IMG/VR virus record: IMGVR_UViG_3300042542_002528
Coordinates: 1 to 62,086 of that record
Direction: 5' to 3' (one strand)
DNA: 62,086 bases
DNA from: a virus
Lineage: Duplodnaviria > Caudoviricetes
Position 1 is the stretch's first letter. The number at the start of each line of letters is the position of its first letter. The notes beneath the pieces were generated by a model. It made no database searches, was not told the DNA's origin, and worked only from the letters and a program-made list of their open reading frames with translations. Shown here one piece after another: positions 1-8,311 of this stretch. Position numbers and translations under genes: made by a program.

Positions 1-141
1 GGCTTGAGGTTGGCGTCATTGGCCTCGTTGTAAGCCGCTCGCCCCTTGGCATTCAGCCCGCCGTCTGGGTCTTGCCCTTCCTTGCGCGTCCAGATGAGCT
101 GGCGCACGCGGTTCCCGTCGCTATCCATCGTCGTCCTCGTC
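1..141. repeat. Terminal overlap: identical to 61838-61978 except one SNP (C114 vs T61951)
   Basis: Direct comparison of the window ends; indicates a circular or permuted genome of about 61,837 bp. Confidence 0.97.
123..141 (-). repeat. 19-bp start-associated direct repeat copy 1 (minus strand GACGAGGACGACGATGGAT = RBS + ATG)
   Basis: ATCCATCGTCGTCCTCGTC at 123-141, 472-490 and 61960-61978; 16-bp core also at 1019-1034. Confidence 0.95.
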
Positions 142-162
142 GGCCTTGTGGCCCTGTGGCGT

Positions 163-477
163 TTACTTCAGGAAGAACGGCGACACTGTCGACTTCTTGC
201 GGCCGTCCATTTGCTCGCGATACATCTGCCTGGGGGATGGTTTGCGTCCGTACTCCACGCCAAGGAGCGTTTCGTATGGGCCAGGAGACTGCCGCGAATA
301 CTGATCCGACAGCCTCTGCATGGCAGACTCAATGCCGCTGTGGTCCAAGCCAAGCCGCATGCTCTGCGCCTGCTCGTTAGCCACAGCGTTCGGCCACCCC
401 ATGCCCAGCAATCCCGTACGCAGAACGTCTGGGTCGCCATGCTTGATAAGCATGCGGATCATCTCGGCCTCATCCAT
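163..477 (-). CDS. Hypothetical protein (104 aa); variable gene absent from the haplotype at the window end
   Basis: ORF starts inside repeat copy 2 (GAGGA RBS); 142-490 is missing at the 61978/61979 junction. Confidence 0.8.
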   Translation of the reverse strand: MDEAEMIRMLIKHGDPDVLRTGLLGMGWPNAVANEQAQSMRLGLDHSGIESAMQRLSDQYSRQSPGPYETLLGVEYGRKPSPRQMYREQMDGRKKSTVSPFFLK

Positions 478-490
478 CGTCGTCCTCGTC
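472..490 (-). repeat. 19-bp start-associated direct repeat copy 2
   Basis: Identical to 123-141. Confidence 0.95.
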
Positions 491-541
491 AGTTATTCAC
501 ATTTCCCATGAGCTGCGCCGACGGCGGAGATCGAACTATCA

Positions 542-1021
542 TCACTGCCGTTTGGCGCTCACGGAAGTTTCCCTAAGTCCTTGTAGGCCATAGAGCCTCC
601 GCTCCAGCTCGTAGTCCCATTCACTCACTGGAGCACCGTTAGAGTAGCGCCGCATGTCCATTGCCGTCTCAGGCTTAATTGACGAGGGCGCCAGCACTCT
701 CCGGCGGCTGGGCTCGCCTTGGTACTGCTGCAATCGGTCAATAAATGAATCGATGGCTTGCGTGTGCTGATTGTCGGCCTTCACCTTCACCTCTCCGACT
801 GGATCGAACAGCCGGGCATACAGTTGCCCGATGCGCCTGTCCACAGGGTCGCGCCAGTCGCGGACGTTACCAGACTGTCGGCGGTTGGCGAATTTTTTTG
901 TTCGCGGGCCACGCGGCCGGCGGTACGGGTAGATATCGCCCGTGCCGAAGTCGTAGGTATCCCACTCCGCGGGCGTTTTGTTTGTGCGAGGGGCCCACAC
1001 ATCCATCGGCATTTCAGGCAT
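542..1021 (-). CDS. Hypothetical protein (159 aa)
   Basis: ORF starts at the GACGAGGACGACGATG repeat (1019-1034). Confidence 0.75.
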   Translation of the reverse strand: MPEMPMDVWAPRTNKTPAEWDTYDFGTGDIYPYRRPRGPRTKKFANRRQSGNVRDWRDPVDRRIGQLYARLFDPVGEVKVKADNQHTQAIDSFIDRLQQYQGEPSRRRVLAPSSIKPETAMDMRRYSNGAPVSEWDYELERRLYGLQGLRETSVSAKRQ

Positions 1022-1034
1022 CGTCGTCCTCGTC
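1019..1034 (-). repeat. 16-bp start-associated repeat copy 3
   Basis: CATCGTCGTCCTCGTC, identical to the core of copies 1 and 2. Confidence 0.9.
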
Positions 1035-1054
1035 GAAGAGAAAATAGAACGGGT

Positions 1055-1564
1055 TCAAAACAGCCGCCGCCCGTCCAAGTATTTGACGCCGTCCTCGGTG
1101 ACGAGCCGCGAGCCGTACTCAAATTGACGGGTGTTCGGGTTGAAGACGCCGATACCACCACCCTGCTGCGAAGGCGCGTCAGGCCGATCATACTGCGAGT
1201 CGTTCATGGCCTGGAGCCGCTTGAGCAAGCCCTCCTGCCGCATGGCCTCCATGTCCCGGGCAAAGCCCATCCGCCTGTTCTCACGGGACTGGGCGACACG
1301 GGAGTCGTTCTCGTCACGGAACGCCTCCTCCAGGTTGTCACCCATGCGCTCCAGAGGCGGCCGGTCGTCTGGCCGGGGAACGTGGACATGCAGCTCAGGG
1401 TTGGCGATGAGCTGGGGCTGCTGCTGCTGTTGGGCTGCAGGCTCGGCGGCCGGCTGGGCGGGCTGCTGGGGCGGGGCTTCACCACGGGACCGCCGCAGCC
1501 GGTCGGCTATGTACGCCTGCCGGCGGGCCTCCAAGACGGCATCGTAATTTGGATTTGCTCGCAT
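1055..1564 (-). CDS. Hypothetical Gln/Pro-rich protein, first gene of the leftward late region
   Basis: GGGAGG RBS upstream of ATG 1564 (MRANPNYDAV...). Confidence 0.75.
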   Translation of the reverse strand: MRANPNYDAVLEARRQAYIADRLRRSRGEAPPQQPAQPAAEPAAQQQQQPQLIANPELHVHVPRPDDRPPLERMGDNLEEAFRDENDSRVAQSRENRRMGFARDMEAMRQEGLLKRLQAMNDSQYDRPDAPSQQGGGIGVFNPNTRQFEYGSRLVTEDGVKYLDGRRLF

Positions 1565-1977
1565 GCGATCCTCCCTACAAAACCATTGCCCGACACACAT
1601 CAACTGCGTGCGTCAGGAGCTGCGGCAGGAGCAGAGTCAAGAAAAACACCTGACGCCCGGAGGGGTGAAAAACTCCGGGGGTGGATATGACATGAATCCG
1701 CTCTCGCGTCGGGGGGCCTACCGGGGGTGTGGGTGGGCATGCCGCAGCCCCCTTGCCATAGGCTGTAAGTCTAGGCCCAGCAACGGTTTCCGATTCCGCG
1801 GGCTAATGGCTGCGAATCCGCGTGGAATCTTACTTTTCCGTAAGGCTGGAATCCGCCGCGGCTGCGGGATGGCATGCATCGCCCCCCCCCTCTCGGCCCT
1901 ATACGCTTGTTCACTTTCCCGCCGGACACCTAGTATTTTGAGAATGGTGTACGCTTGTTCACCACCTGGCTGACGCA

Positions 1978-2017
1978 ACAAAAACGCCCCCGGGGTGGCG
2001 GTCCCCCGGGGGCGTTT
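1978..2017 (-). terminator. Rho-independent terminator downstream of 2040-2858
   Basis: Minus strand AAACGCCCCCGGGG-loop-CCCCGGGGGCGTTT followed by TTGTT. Confidence 0.75.
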
Positions 2018-2039
2018 GCTTTCCGGCTGTGCTGCTGTC

Positions 2040-2858
2040 TTATTCGATCCCGACCGCCTCGCGAACGTCCGCCGCACCGATCCCCTTCGGGAGCTTTTTC
2101 CGCACCGGCTGGATAGCGGGATTGGGCTTGGATCGGATGACACGCCGGATGCCCAGCGTGGGAACGTAGTGGGCGTTGTCCGACACTCGGTGCGGCACCT
2201 TGCCGACACGCTGGAACCGATACTCCACCCACCGCCGGATTTCGATTCGGGTGCGGTCTTCCAATCGCTCCACCACGTCTATCGTCCACCCACGCACGTT
2301 GCGGCGTTTCATCGCCCGGAACGTAGTCGGGGCATCGTCGGGTACGGCCGACACTCCGGGCCGCACCCTCAACGGCAGGCCGCGTGCCGACCGGGCGGCG
2401 GCGGCTGCGACACTCAACACAAGTTCGCCCGACACGCTTTCCACGGCGGCTACGATCCGGGCGGGGTCGGCCGACACGCTCCCCGCTCCTATCCCACGGA
2501 AACCCTCCGGGTCTCGGCGGCGGTCGGCCACCCGTTGCGTAGCTCCCTCGGCTCGCCAACAGCGTTTCCTAGCCCTGCCCGCATGGAACAGCATACCACG
2601 GAGGTGCCGACCGAGGTCGGACAACGTGGGCCCGAATAGGGTCCGGCCGTTGCGGGCGAGGGATTCAAGCTCACGGGCTGTCCAGTCATCGGCCATCCAT
2701 TCAACAAGGATCGACTGTTGCACATCGTCGAACTGATCGGCGGGGATTGGCGTTTCCCCGCTGGGCGAACCATGCCGCAGTAGATACCGGCGAAGCCGTT
2801 GCATAACGGCCTCCAAATCGGCGGCGGAGATATCGGCGGCGTTATAGCTGTCTGACAT
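2040..2858 (-). CDS. Hypothetical protein divergent from the early operon; N-terminus weakly resembles sigma region 2
   Basis: GGAGG RBS 8 nt upstream of ATG; own terminator; DQFDDVQQSIL motif (weak). Confidence 0.65.
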   Translation of the reverse strand: MSDSYNAADISAADLEAVMQRLRRYLLRHGSPSGETPIPADQFDDVQQSILVEWMADDWTARELESLARNGRTLFGPTLSDLGRHLRGMLFHAGRARKRCWRAEGATQRVADRRRDPEGFRGIGAGSVSADPARIVAAVESVSGELVLSVAAAAARSARGLPLRVRPGVSAVPDDAPTTFRAMKRRNVRGWTIDVVERLEDRTRIEIRRWVEYRFQRVGKVPHRVSDNAHYVPTLGIRRVIRSKPNPAIQPVRKKLPKGIGAADVREAVGIE

Positions 2859-2959
2859 TGTCATACCCTCCAAGTGTTTCCCCGGGCGTTACATTCCCGG
2901 CGGCGAATGAAACATAAAGAGTATCGGAATAGGTTTCAAGCCCACTCCAAAATTTTTTT

Positions 2960-3183
2960 CGGATTTCCCCCGGGGGTGTTTCCCATATCTAAACGTTCCC
3001 ACAAGGGAACAACGTCGCGAGTATCACACAAGCGACAACGGACGCGACGCACAGTTACACGCTGTGCGGCTACGTCCGTAACGACATGCGCGATGCGGCC
3101 AGTGCTGGTAATGCCATCCTGGCTGACGCAGTCGTAAACCGTCAGAAATATTCCCGGATTTCCCCCGGGGGTATTTCGCATAT
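2960..3183. promoter_or_regulatory. Two 29-bp direct repeats (2960-2988, 3155-3183) containing palindrome CCCCCGGGGG in the divergent intergenic region
   Basis: CGGATTTCCCCCGGGGGT(G/A)TTTC(C/G)CATAT, 2 mismatches, AT-rich flanks. Confidence 0.7.
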
Positions 3184-3489
3184 ATAAACGGCCGACAACG
3201 GCCCACAACGCGGGGAGTAACGTATTACTCTCACGCATGCGGGCAGCGTTAGGAGGTGTAACAATGGATCGATGGGACTGGGTGTATCTCACGGTCGTCA
3301 CGCAGTTGGCGGTGTGCGGCCGCGTCTCCGACGAGGAGTGTAACCGTCTGTGGGATGAGTACGGAATCTGACGACGCCCGATCCCGGGCAGGTGGCTGCG
3401 GCTAGCGGGCGATTGCCCAGGTAAGTCCGAATGCTGCCTGCTCGGGTTCGGTTGCCGTTGTGGTAGCCGGTTCTATCACGGAGGTGCGT

Positions 3490-4314
3490 ATGGTTTCGGC
3501 CACACGCACCGCTCGGCCACTGGGTGTCATTCTGCACCGGGGCCAGTCTGAATTCGACGGTTCGCCCTATGTGGTGATCATGCCACTGGGCAAGCCGTCC
3601 AAGAATTCCAAGACGGGCAAGATGCTACAGACCTACATCATTAGGTCACATGTGCATCCAGTGGTGGCGGTGCGCAATGGGGGCGACGTTGCGATCTGCA
3701 ACGATTGCCCCATGCGTGGATTGGTGACGTTTCCCAAGCGTTCCAAGGCCAACGCAAAGCGTAACAAGCGGTTCCGCGCCTGTTACGTCAACGTCGGGCA
3801 GGGTCCGGCCATGGTCTACGATGCGTTCAAGCGTGGACGCTACGTCGACTATGACACCCTGCTACATGATCAGTTCATCCGGGGCCGCAAGGTTCGATTC
3901 GGAACCTATGGCGAGCCGGTGCTGATTCCCCTGGAGTTGGTGCAGCATCTGGCAGGTATCTCTGCCGGGTGGACGGGCTATACCCATCAGTGGGCGAACC
4001 TGCGATTCGCAGGCTTTCAGCAGTATCTGATGGCGTCTGTGCATGGGCTGACGGGGCCGTGGTCCCGTGAGCATGCCAAGTCTCTCGGCTGGCGTACGTT
4101 CCGCACCATGCGGGACGGCCTGCCTGCGGAGGATGAGATTCTCTGCCCTGCATCCAAGGAAGCGGGCAAGCGTTTGACCTGCGAGCAGTGCCGTCTCTGT
4201 GACGGTGCCGGTACTCGCAAGGCCGGTTTGCAGATGGTGGACGTTTACATCCCCGGGCATGGTGGCAAGGCGATTATGTCTGCCGTCGCCAACCTGCCCA
4301 TCCTTCAAGCGTGA
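3490..4314 (+). CDS. Conserved phage Cys-rich protein (gp88/radical-SAM-like Fe-S candidate)
   Basis: Motifs NSKTG, ICNDCP...CYV, RFGTYGEP, TGYTHQW, MASV, CPAS...CEQCRLC; GGAGGT RBS. Confidence 0.7.
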   Translation: MVSATRTARPLGVILHRGQSEFDGSPYVVIMPLGKPSKNSKTGKMLQTYIIRSHVHPVVAVRNGGDVAICNDCPMRGLVTFPKRSKANAKRNKRFRACYVNVGQGPAMVYDAFKRGRYVDYDTLLHDQFIRGRKVRFGTYGEPVLIPLELVQHLAGISAGWTGYTHQWANLRFAGFQQYLMASVHGLTGPWSREHAKSLGWRTFRTMRDGLPAEDEILCPASKEAGKRLTCEQCRLCDGAGTRKAGLQMVDVYIPGHGGKAIMSAVANLPILQA

Positions 4315-4322
4315 GGTGTGAC

Positions 4323-4694
4323 ATGCGAAAAGATGCCTACACAGAAGACTTTGCCGACATCTGCTCCTGTTCACGGGAGCGGCACATGCTGATCAGCATC
4401 ATGCGTGCGTGGGGCGATCACGGATTGCCCGACGATTTCAATGATGACGGCGTGCGGCCTGCGTTCAACCGCAACAGCGGGCATGTGTTCCTAGTCAACG
4501 CCGACTCGCAGGTCGCCATGCTGCGTGATGGCAGGCTGGAGTCTTGGTACTCCTGCCCCTACGGGGGCGAGGAAGGGTTCTTCGATGACTTGGTGGAGCT
4601 GTACGACGACCTGCCTGCCGACGACCAGGAATTTGTTCGCGATCTGGCTGACTCTCTCGGCAAGCCCGTTCCTGCAACAGAGGAGGACGAATGA
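4323..4694 (+). CDS. Hypothetical acidic early protein
   Basis: GAGGTG RBS; coupled to neighbours. Confidence 0.75.
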   Translation: MRKDAYTEDFADICSCSRERHMLISIMRAWGDHGLPDDFNDDGVRPAFNRNSGHVFLVNADSQVAMLRDGRLESWYSCPYGGEEGFFDDLVELYDDLPADDQEFVRDLADSLGKPVPATEEDE

Positions 4695-4819
4695 CCTGCC
4701 CACTGTGTGACTGCGAGGAGGTTCAGTTTGCGGCGGTGCTGGGTGACGTAGGTCATGCCCGGTGCCGGGACTGCGGTATAGTGTACGCTTTTACACCAGA
4801 GGAGGGATGCGATGAGTAG
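4691..4819 (+). CDS. Small zinc-ribbon protein (42 aa; CPLC...CRDC)
   Basis: Hand translation MTCPLCDCEEV...RCRDCG; ATGA overlap and GGAGGA RBS. Confidence 0.65.
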   Translation: MTCPLCDCEEVQFAAVLGDVGHARCRDCGIVYAFTPEEGCDE

Positions 4820-5084
4820 CGCAACCATGCACCGCATCGCGCCGGTGCCGAATCTCAACGGCTCGCCTGCCCATTGTCTGATCGACCAGATGATGGAGGT
4901 TCACCGTGCCTTGGAGGCAGCGGCAGACTGCATACGGAAGTGGCAACCGCACTACAGGGACTACCAGATTAGCGGCGACTACCACGCCGACCGCGAAGAG
5001 TTCACGCGGCGGCTGCGGATGGTGGAGGAACTGGCGGCACAGTACGAGTCGGAGGCTTACACACTCTCAACACAGGAGCGATGA
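4812..5084 (+). CDS. Hypothetical early protein
   Basis: AGGAGG RBS; 90 aa. Confidence 0.75.
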   Translation: MSSATMHRIAPVPNLNGSPAHCLIDQMMEVHRALEAAADCIRKWQPHYRDYQISGDYHADREEFTRRLRMVEELAAQYESEAYTLSTQER

Positions 5085-5810
5085 ATGAACGGTCTGATTG
5101 TCCATGCCGGCGGCAAGCTGGCAGGTCTGGATGAGATTCGCGATCTCCCCGTGCCTGAGTCCACGGACACATGGTGTCCCGTGCCTCACCATCGGATGAT
5201 CGAACTGGTGACGCAGACGCTCGCGTCTACCGGGCTGGCAGTCACGGAGCAGTCCTTCGCCATCGCAAAGGATGGTGCCAGGATGTTCGGTGTCATCACG
5301 CTGGCCGGTGGCACGGACTATGCGACCACCATCGGGCTGCGGAACTCGCATGACAAGACCTTCCCCGCTGCCTTGGCACTGGGGTCACGGGTCTTCGTCT
5401 GCGACAACCTTGCGTTCAGCAGTGAGATCAAGATCAGCACCAAGCACACCCGCTATGTGCTGAATCGCCTGCCCAGACTGGTCGGTGACGGCATCGCCCA
5501 GCTAGTCCACAAGCGTGGCAAGCAGGACGAACGCATCGGCCTGTACAAGCAGACCGAGGTCCGGGGCATGCCGCATCTGCATGACCTCACGCTGCGAGCG
5601 TACCGGCAGAAGGCTATCCCTGCCCGTGCGATTGCCGAGGTGCTGGAGGAGTTTGAGGCACCGCGTCACCCGGAGTTTCGGGAGCCGACGCTGTGGAGTT
5701 TCTTCAACTGCGTCACCGAGGTGCTGAAGACCTACGGTGAACTGCAACCCCGGACGCAACGGTTGCACGGGGTGATCGATGCCGACTGCCCCCGCCTGCT
5801 GGCGGTATAG
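5085..5810 (+). CDS. DUF932-family protein
   Basis: GLRNSHDKT...G-RVFVCDNLAF and HT motifs; TLWSFFNCVTE C-terminal motif. Confidence 0.85.
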   Translation: MNGLIVHAGGKLAGLDEIRDLPVPESTDTWCPVPHHRMIELVTQTLASTGLAVTEQSFAIAKDGARMFGVITLAGGTDYATTIGLRNSHDKTFPAALALGSRVFVCDNLAFSSEIKISTKHTRYVLNRLPRLVGDGIAQLVHKRGKQDERIGLYKQTEVRGMPHLHDLTLRAYRQKAIPARAIAEVLEEFEAPRHPEFREPTLWSFFNCVTEVLKTYGELQPRTQRLHGVIDADCPRLLAV

Positions 5811-5821
5811 GAGGTGATGCG

Positions 5822-6058
5822 ATGAGCAAGATCGACAAGGCCGGTTCGCTCAAGCAGTGGGCGCGCGAGCGGTGTGAGGCGTGGAACTGGAACTGCAACG
5901 TCGCGGAGATCGCTCGGGAATTGATCGACGCAGACGTTCGTTCTGACGGGGTTCGATTTGAGGTTTTGAAGAAGGTGTTTCTGGAGTATTTCCAACGGCC
6001 AGAGGCTGAGTCCCACATCGAAATCATCGGCCAGATCATCGATGAGTTCGGTGACTGA
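5822..6058 (+). CDS. Hypothetical early protein
   Basis: AGGAGGT RBS. Confidence 0.7.
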   Translation: MSKIDKAGSLKQWARERCEAWNWNCNVAEIARELIDADVRSDGVRFEVLKKVFLEYFQRPEAESHIEIIGQIIDEFGD

Positions 6059-6081
6059 GGACATACACAAGGAGGTGCCAC

Positions 6082-6210
6082 ATGTGGGCGGTGAGGACCA
6101 AGGCCAGGTATCTGGCGACGTTCGATGATCGATGCGAGGCGGAGGAGTGGTGCCGCACATGGCGTGCGGTGCATGGCATGAGGGCGTGGGTTTCACATAC
6201 GGAGAACTGA
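6082..6210 (+). CDS. Small hypothetical protein (42 aa)
   Basis: AAGGAGGT RBS; hand translation MWAVRTKARY... Confidence 0.55.
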   Translation: MWAVRTKARYLATFDDRCEAEEWCRTWRAVHGMRAWVSHTEN

Positions 6211-6212
6211 CA

Positions 6213-6311
6213 ATGACTGTGCTTTCTTGGCAGCGATGCGAACGCTGTGGCTGGGAACTGGCGGCTCAGTACGAGTCGGAAGCGTATTCGATCAGCAAAC
6301 AGGAGGTGTGA
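6213..6311 (+). CDS. Small peptide (32 aa) sharing ELAAQYESEAY with the C-terminus of 4812-5084
   Basis: GGAG RBS; DNA repeat 6254-6305 similar to 5027-5078. Confidence 0.45.
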   Translation: MTVLSWQRCERCGWELAAQYESEAYSISKQEV

Positions 6312-6312
6312 C

Positions 6313-6789
6313 ATGGCCGATCAGACATACAACGGCTGGACCAATTACGAAACGTGGCTGGTCAGCCTGTGGATTGATAATTCAGAAGGCGAACAGCAGT
6401 ACTGGCATGACCGTGCTGCTTGGTGCCTGAAGCATCAGCCAGAAGAGGGTGATGCCGTGCATGAGCTGCGAGAAACACTTAGGGACGAGTTCGACTGCTC
6501 GTCGTACTTCTCGCTGCGGGCTGCACTTTCCGAAGTGAACTGGCAGGAGATTGCCGAGAACTACATCGATTCCATAGTGAAGGAGGAGTGCGGCGGCGGG
6601 ATCTGCGACGCCCGGCTCATTGCCGCTGCGCCTGAGTTGCTGGCTGTGGCCAAGCTGGCCTTTGATTATGCCCAAGACACTAAGGCCCGCTTCATCGACC
6701 ACTGGGACGGCGAAGACGCGGAGTCCTACGACAAGCTGTGCGATGCCATTGACGCAGCAATCAACAAGGCAGAAGGGAGGGATGAGTGA
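6313..6789 (+). CDS. Phage protein with YNGWTNYETW N-terminal motif fused to a DARLIAAAPELL module
   Basis: Both motifs recur in small phage early proteins; AGGAGGT RBS. Confidence 0.8.
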   Translation: MADQTYNGWTNYETWLVSLWIDNSEGEQQYWHDRAAWCLKHQPEEGDAVHELRETLRDEFDCSSYFSLRAALSEVNWQEIAENYIDSIVKEECGGGICDARLIAAAPELLAVAKLAFDYAQDTKARFIDHWDGEDAESYDKLCDAIDAAINKAEGRDE

Positions 6790-7076
6790 TGCGACATCCC
6801 AAGAGAGAGAAGGTTGTGCTGCGCGACGGCGACGATGTGTACGTGCAGGTTGAGGGAACACCCAACCCCGCGCAGTTGGTTGGCGTGTCGGGCATCGACT
6901 GGCTACAGCTTGCACGGCAGAAGCACAGACTGGTGTCTTATCTGTGGGACAAGAGCGAGAGCGACCCGGACTGGCAGATGTGGGGCATCGTTCATCTGAT
7001 CGACGCCATCCAAGATCAAGGCGTGGAGGATGGACTGCCCGTTGTGTTCGTCACCGCAGACGAGGAGGACGAGTGA
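6789..7076 (+). CDS. Hypothetical early protein
   Basis: TGATG coupling, GGAGG RBS. Confidence 0.7.
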   Translation: MRHPKREKVVLRDGDDVYVQVEGTPNPAQLVGVSGIDWLQLARQKHRLVSYLWDKSESDPDWQMWGIVHLIDAIQDQGVEDGLPVVFVTADEEDE

Positions 7077-7258
7077 TGCCCACCTACGCCCTGACCTTCA
7101 CCGCCTTGGAGATAGAGCTACTCAAGGATGCGATGGAAGAACTGTGCAATGACTGCGACCTGCTGTACTGCCGGCCGGACGATGGCCGGTACGCCCAGGC
7201 CGAGGCGTTGCATGACAGGCTGTGCCGGTACGAGCAGGAGGTTGTGATTCCACACTGA
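7076..7258 (+). CDS. Hypothetical early protein
   Basis: TGATG coupling, GAGGAGG RBS. Confidence 0.65.
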   Translation: MPTYALTFTALEIELLKDAMEELCNDCDLLYCRPDDGRYAQAEALHDRLCRYEQEVVIPH

Positions 7259-7271
7259 TCGGAGGGAGCCG

Positions 7272-7424
7272 ATGAGTTCGATAGATCACTGGACCGAGGA
7301 CACCGTGGACACGGCGATCCGATTGCTGATTGAGGCGGAGAGGCTTGTCGCTAGCCGCCCCTCCGAGGAGGTGGTAGAACGGTGGCAAGAGCAGGTGTTT
7401 CGATTCCTTAGAGAGGAGGCGTGA
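7272..7424 (+). CDS. Small hypothetical protein (50 aa)
   Basis: GGAGG RBS; hand translation MSSIDHWTED... Confidence 0.6.
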   Translation: MSSIDHWTEDTVDTAIRLLIEAERLVASRPSEEVVERWQEQVFRFLREEA

Positions 7425-7678
7425 TGGGGAACCTTATGCACAAGCCGTGCCTGTATGCAGACGAGGCGACGGCGTGGTTCATGCGGCAAAGCAAGGCGGC
7501 GCTGGCCGACATGCTGACCGAGGTGATGCGGCTTGAGAGCGGGCGGTGCGACGACGGGGCGACGGCGGAGGCGGCGGAGCAGAAGTTTGCTCCGCTACTG
7601 GCCGCACGCACCAAGTTGCGCGGCCTGCCAAAAAAACTGGATGCCAGGGTGGCGTTCCTGACACAGGAGGAGGCCTGA
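7424..7678 (+). CDS. Hypothetical early protein
   Basis: TGATG coupling, AGGAGG RBS. Confidence 0.7.
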   Translation: MGNLMHKPCLYADEATAWFMRQSKAALADMLTEVMRLESGRCDDGATAEAAEQKFAPLLAARTKLRGLPKKLDARVAFLTQEEA

Positions 7679-7875
7679 TGAGCGACCGTAAGTTGCGACC
7701 CGACGAGGAGACAGAGGCTGCGCTGTGGGCAGAGGGCACTACCTTCACCAAGGCAGACATTGTGAAGGCGTACCGCAGCCACCTTGCCAGCCAGCCGGAG
7801 CCGCTGGACATCCAGAGTTATTGCGAATTGGTTCTTGGTATCCCCGACGAGACACCCAACGAGGAGGTGCAGTGA
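7678..7875 (+). CDS. Hypothetical early protein
   Basis: TGATG coupling, AGGAGG RBS. Confidence 0.65.
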   Translation: MSDRKLRPDEETEAALWAEGTTFTKADIVKAYRSHLASQPEPLDIQSYCELVLGIPDETPNEEVQ

Positions 7876-8066
7876 TGCTCCTTGGAAACGAGAACACAAG
7901 GGTGGCGCACTTCGGGAAGCGCCGCCGGATTGCGGTGACGTTTAAGCGAGTCGGTGGACTGTGGCGAGCGGCGCTTCTTGCCAAGCCGCAGCGTAGCCTG
8001 CGGGTGGCGAGGGACATGGTGCGCAAGGCGCTCGCTCAGTGGCACAAGGAACACGGAGGTGAGTGA
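7875..8066 (+). CDS. Basic hypothetical early protein
   Basis: AGGAGGTGCAGTGATG junction. Confidence 0.65.
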   Translation: MLLGNENTRVAHFGKRRRIAVTFKRVGGLWRAALLAKPQRSLRVARDMVRKALAQWHKEHGGE

Positions 8067-8308
8067 TGGGGGTCTACCATGAAAAGAACGAGACGATCTA
8101 TGAGAGCGACGACACGCTGGCGCGGGCGGTCATCTGCCGATTCGGCTCCGGCCTGCGCGTCCTGTGCGAACACAACCCCGACAGCAAGAGCGAGTACATG
8201 TATGTGACGTATGGAGAGACTTCACCGCTGACGCACAAGATGGCGGTGGAGATTGCCAAGCGGTTCGTAACCGGGCGGAAGATTCCCAAGAGACTGGAGT
8301 GGAGGTGA
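8066..8308 (+). CDS. Hypothetical early protein
   Basis: Starts in junction repeat. Confidence 0.7.
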   Translation: MGVYHEKNETIYESDDTLARAVICRFGSGLRVLCEHNPDSKSEYMYVTYGETSPLTHKMAVEIAKRFVTGRKIPKRLEWR

Positions 8309-8311
8309 CTG

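Noticed and set aside
1-141. True physical direct terminal repeat of the virion DNA
   Set aside because: The overlap starts mid-gene and the two copies are different haplotypes, which fits assembly circularity better
493-501. DnaA-box match TTATTCACA
   Set aside because: Single copy with no adjacent unwinding element; insufficient to call an origin
123-1034. CRISPR array interpretation of the 19-bp repeats
   Set aside because: Spacing is 349 and 544 bp and each interval holds a full gene; no cas genes
2936-3301. ORF with NTPGGNP twice
   Set aside because: The peptide repeat is simply the translation of the 29-bp DNA repeats; no RBS
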